DNA of 64,000 bases. Origin: Blastocladiella emersonii ATCC 22665. Taxonomy: Eukaryota > Fungi > Blastocladiomycota. This document shows, piece by piece, positions 57,443 to 64,000 of the stretch (position 1 is the first letter of the stretch; each line of letters opens with the position of its first letter). The DNA is taken from positions 1,054,001-1,118,000 of the forward strand of contig JANHCV010000012.1 in NCBI GenBank assembly GCA_025594325.1, written 5' to 3'. The notes under the pieces are model-generated. The model was not told the origin of the DNA. It ran no database searches and worked only from the letters and a program-made list of their open reading frames with translations. Both the position numbers and the translations under genes were made by a program.

Positions 57443-58509
57443 ATGAATGCTCCGAGCCCGAATGAACATGATCGCGAGTGGCTCGACTCGCCCACGCGCC
57501 GAGTCAGTCGCGCCCTGAAGTCGTCCGCCGACCTCCCGCCCGTTTTCGAAAGCGGCAACGGCTACGACTGGTGTGTCTCGTGCGGCGTGCACTTCCGCAC
57601 CGAGGCCCTTAAGCGCCACAAAAAGTCGATCGAGCACCGCGCCAACGTCGTGCAGCACTCCCGCTGGACTGCGATGAAGTCGCGGGCGGCGGAGAGTGCT
57701 GGATCGCAGGCTGAACCGCCTCGCCCGAACCAATCCGTACGATCACATATCTGCGCTCCATCCACACGAGCGGAGCATCTGACCGGCCCCGTCCCGTTGG
57801 TAGGTCGACTGCTCGTCGGCGAACCCTGAAGCAATCAACGCTTCGCTTCGTGGGCTTTCGGACGACTCCCTGCTCGAGCGGGCAGGGCTTGACAGCCACG
57901 AGACCAAAGAACGTTCTCGGCGCATCGTATCATCTCCCAGGCGAGTTTAACCTATTCCTCCCATGTAGGTTTTCACGTACGACCCGAAGACGGGCAAACC
58001 GGGCACCCTCGAAACGTGCGCCGCAGCGACTTTGACGACCGATAAGCAAGCTTGTTTACCAATACTTTGCCGAGGACTTTCGAAACGGAGCCAAGTACAG
58101 CTACAGTTTCCACACTCGCGTCAACGAACGCCGTCTCGCGTCGCTCTTGGCCATGGCCAAGGTGGCCTCGAATCCCGGCTCCAAGTTTGATAGATCGGGC
58201 GCGTACGCGCTACTCTTCGCGGACTGGCTGACCAACCAAGAGCGCGAGGAGCGTCGGAAAGCACTACAAAGCTTCTACATGTCTAATTATGACCGCGACC
58301 AGGTTTTCGACGATTTCAAGCTCGACGCGACCAAGCCGAGCGACGAGGCCTTCATCCGCGCGTACCACGAGTGGGCTGACGACATCAACGTCGAGGCGCT
58401 CAAGGACGACAACCATGCCTGGCTTCTCGGTACCAACATCAAAAGCCACGCTTTCAGTCTCGCGCTGCAGGCGAGGTACCGCCAGCGCCGGGCTCGCTTG
58501 AATTCTTAG
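57443..58509 (+). pseudogene. U1/matrin-type C2H2 zinc-finger protein paralogue 1, frameshifted
   Basis: YDWCVSCGVHF...LKRHKKSIEHRANV. Introns 57737-57803 and 57927-57968. A 4-bp AAGC duplication at 58044-51 breaks the frame; removing it restores alignment to paralogue 2. Confidence 0.75.
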
Positions 58510-58609
58510 GCGCACACCTCGCAATAAATGTCGTTGTACTCACCGTCGTCTTGACGCGATGCCCTCGCCTCTTCGTCCGCGTCAGCGGTTTCCGTGTCAC
58601 GTCCCGCCT

Positions 58610-58760
58610 GGCCACTGCTAAGTGAGCCTTGAGACTCGCCGCTAAGCTTGCTGGTATTCGGGGGCGCGCTTGCGCTGCTCGTCCCGGACTCGCTTACAGG
58701 AAAGGAGCGCGAGGAGCGCCGTGAGGCGCTCCACAGCCTCGGCATGCGCCACTGTTGGGC
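58610..58760 (+). pseudogene. Internal fragment of a third paralogue
   Basis: GALALLVPDSLTGKEREERREALHS versus GAYALLFADWLTNQEREERRKALQS in paralogue 1. Confidence 0.55.
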
Positions 58761-58952
58761 CGCCCCGCGGTCGCGACCGCGCGATTCATTTCACGTGCGC
58801 TGCGTGCTGCACGTGGTCGGGACAGCGGAGGTCGGCAGCGAGTCATTCGCCAATGACTCCCTTTCCCTCTTCGCTCGCCAACTCGCCGGCTCATTTCGCT
58901 CACTCATCGCCCATTGCGGCCCATGCAGCGAGCTTTACCCACACTACCCGCA

Positions 58953-60136
58953 ATGAATGCAGCAGACTCGAACGCCCACCTGCGCGAGTGGCTCAACTCG
59001 CCCGCTCGGCGCGTTGTTCCGCCGTCGTCGGCGAAGCCCGCCGACCTCCCGCCCGAGTTCGAGTCGGGCAACGGCTACGACTGGTGCGACTCGTGCGGCG
59101 TGCACTTCCACGCCGAGGCCCTCAAGCGCCACAAGAAGTCGGTCGTGCACCGCGCCAACGTCATGCAGTACGCGCGGTGGACCGCGTCGCTCAAGGCCAA
59201 GGAGGCGGAGCGCGCCAGCCCCCGCTCGCAGCAGTCGATGCCGGTACGCCTCTCACGGCCCGTGTGCGCCATCACGATCCATTAAATTCATGGACCTCGC
59301 TTGCTACGTGCAACAGCGCTTCGAGAGCCTGTTCCAGCCCGGGTTCATTGACGAGCGCACTTTGGCGGCGGCCTTCGAGACTTCCAAGGCCGACTTCTCG
59401 AACGTGAACCCCGATTTCATCAAGTCCGTGACCCGCATGCTCACCGACGGCGATATGCGGACGCATTTCAGGGCGCTCGAGCAGGACAGCTTCAAGGTAC
59501 GTGCCCGCGCGAAGGGCAGTGCGACTGGCTTGCGACGCGATTCAAACTCACCCCGCCGCGCACCGCTTCGCGTAGGTGTTCACGGACGATCCGAAGACTG
59601 GTAAGCCGGGTACGCTCCACACGTGCGGCGCGTGGACCCTGTCGACCGAGGAGCTCGCGCGCCGCTGCTTTGTTGACACGCTCAAGAACGGCGCCAAGGT
59701 CACCGAAAACCAGCGCCGCCGCGTCAACGGCCTCCGCATTGCGTCGCTCCTCGCCGTGAAGGACAAGGCCGCGGACCCGGCGTCGCTTGCGAACACGTGG
59801 AGCATGTTCAAGTTGATGGTGCCCGACACGCTGCACGCCGCGGAGCGCGAGGCGCGCGAGGAGACGATCCACACCTTCAGCACGTTCAAGTTTGACCGCA
59901 GCAAGATGATTCCCAAGCTTGGTCTCGACGCGACTACGCCAATTGGTCGGTACATGATCCGCATCTACCACGAGTGGGCCGACGGCCTCGACATTGAGTC
60001 GATGCGAACGGTCAGCAACATGTGGATGCTCGGCAAAAGCGCCAGGACCCGCAAGTTCGGCCTGTACATTCTCGACGTGGATCGCAAGGCCGACTTCCTC
60101 ATGGCCATGTCCGCCCGCAACTCGCGGTCGACGTGA
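58953..60136 (+). CDS. U1/matrin-type C2H2 zinc-finger protein paralogue 2, intact, 343 aa, 3 exons
   Basis: Exons 58953-59243, 59317-59496 and 59576-60136 are all phase 0. YDWCDSCGVHFHAEALKRHKKSVVH, then an uncharacterised domain (VFTDDPKTGKPGTL, IYHEWAD, MWMLG). Confidence 0.78.
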
Positions 60137-60359
60137 CGGGCCCAGAGCAAGTAGGTGCATGGGCGCAAGAAGGACGGCGGTTGTGAGCGATGGTGGCCAT
60201 GAGCGTGTGTTTTGAAAATCTATAATTTTACCCCCTCAATCGTCTGCTTTGAGCGAGCACGAGGAACTGATGAGCATTTAGAGCCTGGTTGAAGCAAATT
60301 TAAGATTATAAAGAGTACTTGTATCCTGGCACAAATCGGACGGCCAAGACCTTTGCGAA

Positions 60360-62212
60360 TTAATTTTTGGACGTCACTTTGCAGCCGCGCTGGGCTAGCT
60401 TTGACTGCAGCACGTCTTCGTCAGGTCCCGCGATGGACCCCGATGGCAAGAAGACGTTAGCGAGGTGTGGGAGGTTTGCGGCCAGCAGCAAGTCAGACGT
60501 CTCAATATCGAAATCATTGCTACACAGGTCCAAGTGCTCCAGTGATGGGGGCAGCGCCTGGATGATCGTATCAACCATCCGACCGTCCAGGCCCGTTCAA
60601 GTTACAGCGAGTATTTTGAGAGCAGCAGCGGTCCGTAGCCACGCGGCGAGCGCTTCGACGTCAAGCAACTCGAACGCAATGCAGCTGAGGTCGAGCCGCG
60701 TCAACGATTTGAGTGACAAGGCGCGAAAGAACTCTTTAGGAGCCCCTAAGTCAGCATTTTCGCCCGGGCTGAGGTAAAGCTCGCACAGGGACTGCGGCAG
60801 CGATTCAGCGAACTCGGACAGCATCGACTCGGGATCGAGGTAGCCCATGTGCTGGAGGCGAAGTACACGGAGTTGAGGCGCCGTGCGGACGATAGCAAGC
60901 ATCCCGCTTGTCTCCAGATCGTTATCAGAAACATTGAGTTCGACAAGAGCAGCCGAGAATCCTTGGACGAGCGCGAGCGCTCCATCGTTGCCTAACTCGA
61001 CGTGATGAAGCTTCAGTTTCGAAAGCCGTGGGAGAGCGCGGGAAGCGAAGGCCTCTGCAGTCTCCAAATCGAACGTGTTCCAACTAAGGTTCAGGTCTTC
61101 CACCGTGTCAGGAAGGCTGTTGATGATGGCAGCCGTGACTGTGGGGGACATGTGGCAGAACAGGAATTTAATCCGACGTAAAGCGGGGAGCTGAGTGAGT
61201 CGCCGTGCGAGCGTGAAAGCGCTGGTGCCGCGGATCGGGTGTTGGCTGAGATCAAGATCAGTGAGCGTCAATGGGAGGAGATTGGCGAACAATCCAATGG
61301 AATCTGTGTTTGAAAAGGAGCGGCTCAAGGCGAGGCGCTCAAGCGATTGCGGCAGGCATGATCCCAGCCGCTGAATCGCATCACTCCCGCCGAGCTCTGT
61401 ACCAGAGAGATCGGGTGGCGAGACACAAAGTATTCAACCTCCGACGGGCAATCCACTAGTAGAAGTTCGCGCAAGGAGGAATGTTGCATCGGCTCACTCG
61501 CTGTTGATCCCTTGTCCTCGTTCGAATGTGCGTGGAGAAGCTTGTTGCGCGACAGATCAAGCGTCATAACGGTCGAAGGAAGCCGCAGCTCAAGGGCTTG
61601 AGAGGCGTTGACATAGCAGCATTTAAGCGCGACCGACGTCACATGCTGATTAGGCGAAGCAAGCGCGAGGTTGAGCTCTGCAATTCCATTCGAAGTCACA
61701 CGCTTGCGGGAGAGCTCGACTTTGGTCAACTTGCCGCATTGGATATCGTTGGCAATGCGCGCAATTTCCGCGTCACCGGGTGCGACGCCCGCTTCGGCCG
61801 GGTGGAAAAGATCGAGTGCTGTGCCAATGGCATCCGAGCTGAATTCACCAACAAAGCTCAGATCCGCCTGGCGCCACCACGCAAGCACATCCTCGTAGCC
61901 GAGATCAAGGGCCTCGTCGAGAGCACAAAGATACTCCCACGCGTTGTCGTCATCGGGCGCGGCCACCTTGATACCGAAAGCTCGGCGCAGGGCAAGTATT
62001 CGAGCGTCTCCGTCGCGAGTGGCTTGGATGACGCCGAAAGCAGGACAAATTTGCAAGACGAGGCGGGTCACCTCGGGAGCACGGCTGCGCGGCACGACCC
62101 GCACGTACTGGAGCAGCCCGGGGACGTCGTGCGGGTCGTGCAGCCGGACGGCGCGCATGAGAATATCCGCAAGAATCTCACTGACGTCGAGTTTACGTTG
62201 CATCAACTTCAT
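60360..62212 (-). pseudogene. F-box-like / WW-ankyrin-like / LRR family member, longer LRR array, disrupted
   Basis: Starts MKLMQRKLDVSEILADIL, the same MKLMQ start as the 1563 copy, and has VLAWWRQ. Frameshift near 61400 and an in-frame TGA at 60597-99. Confidence 0.82.
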
Positions 62213-64000
62213 GGTAGATATTTCATGTGGTTGCATCGGTGGTGGGCGTGGACGAAGGAGTGGACGGAGGGCGAGACTCATGTGGCGCCACGAAATTTCG
62301 GACGCCGAGCTGACGCCGCCACACAGCATCAGGTGAGCCACGTGCACCTGACCACCGCGTATTTCCCCGTTGCGACTTGTGAAAGACCGGCCCAAAAGGC
62401 CTGATAGCGAGTTCTTGGAAGACGCCTAGTGAGCAACTACCGCCCCAAGTCTTGTCACTGGACGAACATTGGCGTTTGATTGACAACGTTCAAAACCAGC
62501 AGCCCGGTGCCACCAAGGATGTGCGACAGGAGCACGGCTAGGCTGAAATGTGTACTGTCATTCTCGATCAATTTAAAGGCTTTGCTCCTACTTCAGGAGC
62601 TGTATCGCGAATGATGCTGGAGCAGAACGCGAGGCGGTCGCGTAAACCGCCTCTGGCTCAGCCCTCCTCGAAACCGCTCGGAGAGCGTCATCATTACAGT
62701 CTCCGACCAGCACGCCGCTTTCCCCTCCACAAATTTTGCACGCCGAGTACCTCCAGCTTCTTACAGATCGTGCCACCCATGAAGCGTTACTCCGAGCGGG
62801 CGGCCCAAATCCCACCCTTGCGATCACGCGGATGAGCGGGACGAACTTGTTGATCGGCAATGGTACGCTTTTCCCGCAAGTTTGACTCCGACCTCGGCTA
62901 CAGAGCTATGCGCTGTTGTCTATCCGCGGCTCGTAGCTGTACCACGCCGCGCCCATTATTCAGTGGACGACACGAGCACCTTGCGGCTGAGGTAGCTCGC
63001 GGGCGCAAGCGCCGTAGTCGTCGTCGCAGCGGTCGCCGTCCTGTCGTTGGTTCCCGTCGCAGCCGCACCGGGTGTCACGGCGGTACCCGCTACGACGTCG
63101 TCCTCGAACTGCGTTACGAGTGTGCAGTCGTGGTACCAGCTCGAGAGGATACCACCGATCCCCATGAGCAAATTGTCCGAGTCGAGCGTGACCGCGGCCT
63201 CAATGCTCTAATCCTTCTCCTCTCACTGGATCCCGTCGTCGGACGAGTAGAACTGGAACACCTTCTGCTGCATCATGGCCGCAAAAAAAACTGACGCAGG
63301 AGCGTCATAGTGTCGCGGCAGTCATGCCTCTCCATGCCGATTTTCGCGCACGTTCAACTTCTCATCGCCATTGCCTCTCGGGGCAACTCGATAGCGGCCC
63401 ACTGGATTTTGGCAAGCACGCTTGACCATGCTGCCGACCTGCTCAGGGTGGCTCGTGCCGATTGGTCGCCATCTACCTGGTTTGAGCGTGATTTTATTCA
63501 AGCCCACGGACTCCAAGTTTCGGGCTCAGCTGACGTTGCTCGATGTGCTTACGCTGACCTCAATATTTCACTGGAAGCCCGGATTTATCGAGGCACTAAC
63601 CAACTTGGGCCTCGCTGTCGATGTGCCGCTGCTTCTTGGTTACTGCAAGTCGAACTCATGGAACCTAAAGAAGTGCTTTCCCCGCCTCAGGGATATTGCC
63701 ACCGACGTTTTGCGCACGATCGACTGGCTGTTCCGCTTCGCGCCGTCGCTTGTAAATCGCATGCTCGAAGTCAGCCTTCTTAATATCCTTATGCGACCGC
63801 ACATGAGAGAAGTGCTTACTCGCGTCCTCACACACTACCCGAGTCAGATGCTGGCCTGCGCGACCCCCACAGACCGCGCGCGACTCGTCACCCGAGCATG
63901 GCAAACAGACCCTCGCATCGATCTCCTTGGTACCATCGACGATCGGCATTTGTTCGACGCCAGTACGCTTGCCTACACTTTGGCGCGGGCCCTCAGCGAC

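Noticed and set aside
1-64000. rRNA, tRNA or prokaryotic operon features
   Set aside because: None were recognised. Spliceosomal introns throughout indicate a eukaryotic nuclear locus.

Overview
This is GC-rich eukaryotic DNA with short GT(A/G)C..AG spliceosomal introns. The gene content (UBXN11-like, F-box-like/ankyrin-like/LRR family, Plavaka-type element) suggests a flagellated early-diverging fungus such as Blastocladiomycota; that assignment is inference. A compact core-gene island at 7.9-21.8 kb holds a fumarate reductase-cytochrome b5 reductase fusion, a membrane-anchored oligopeptidase-B-like S9 peptidase, a SEP/UBX protein and a large HEAT-repeat protein. It sits in an accessory region of decaying paralogues and DNA transposons. 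Three elements can be delimited from sequence alone. (i) A 5.85-kb Plavaka/CMC-like element with CATCG termini, 19-bp TIRs and a 2-bp GG TSD splits a 7TM gene exactly in frame. (ii) A 2.44-kb PIF/Harbinger element (15-bp TIR, TAA TSD, intact-looking transposase) splits an LRR gene exactly in frame. (iii) An internally deleted Helitron2/Helentron-like element has 18-bp palindromic asymmetric inverted repeats. There are also five to six members of an F-box-like/WW-ankyrin-like/LRR family (one intact), a zinc-finger tandem array and a duplicated spacer block. No rRNA, tRNA or CRISPR array was seen. All splice models and alignments were read by eye; no database searches were run.
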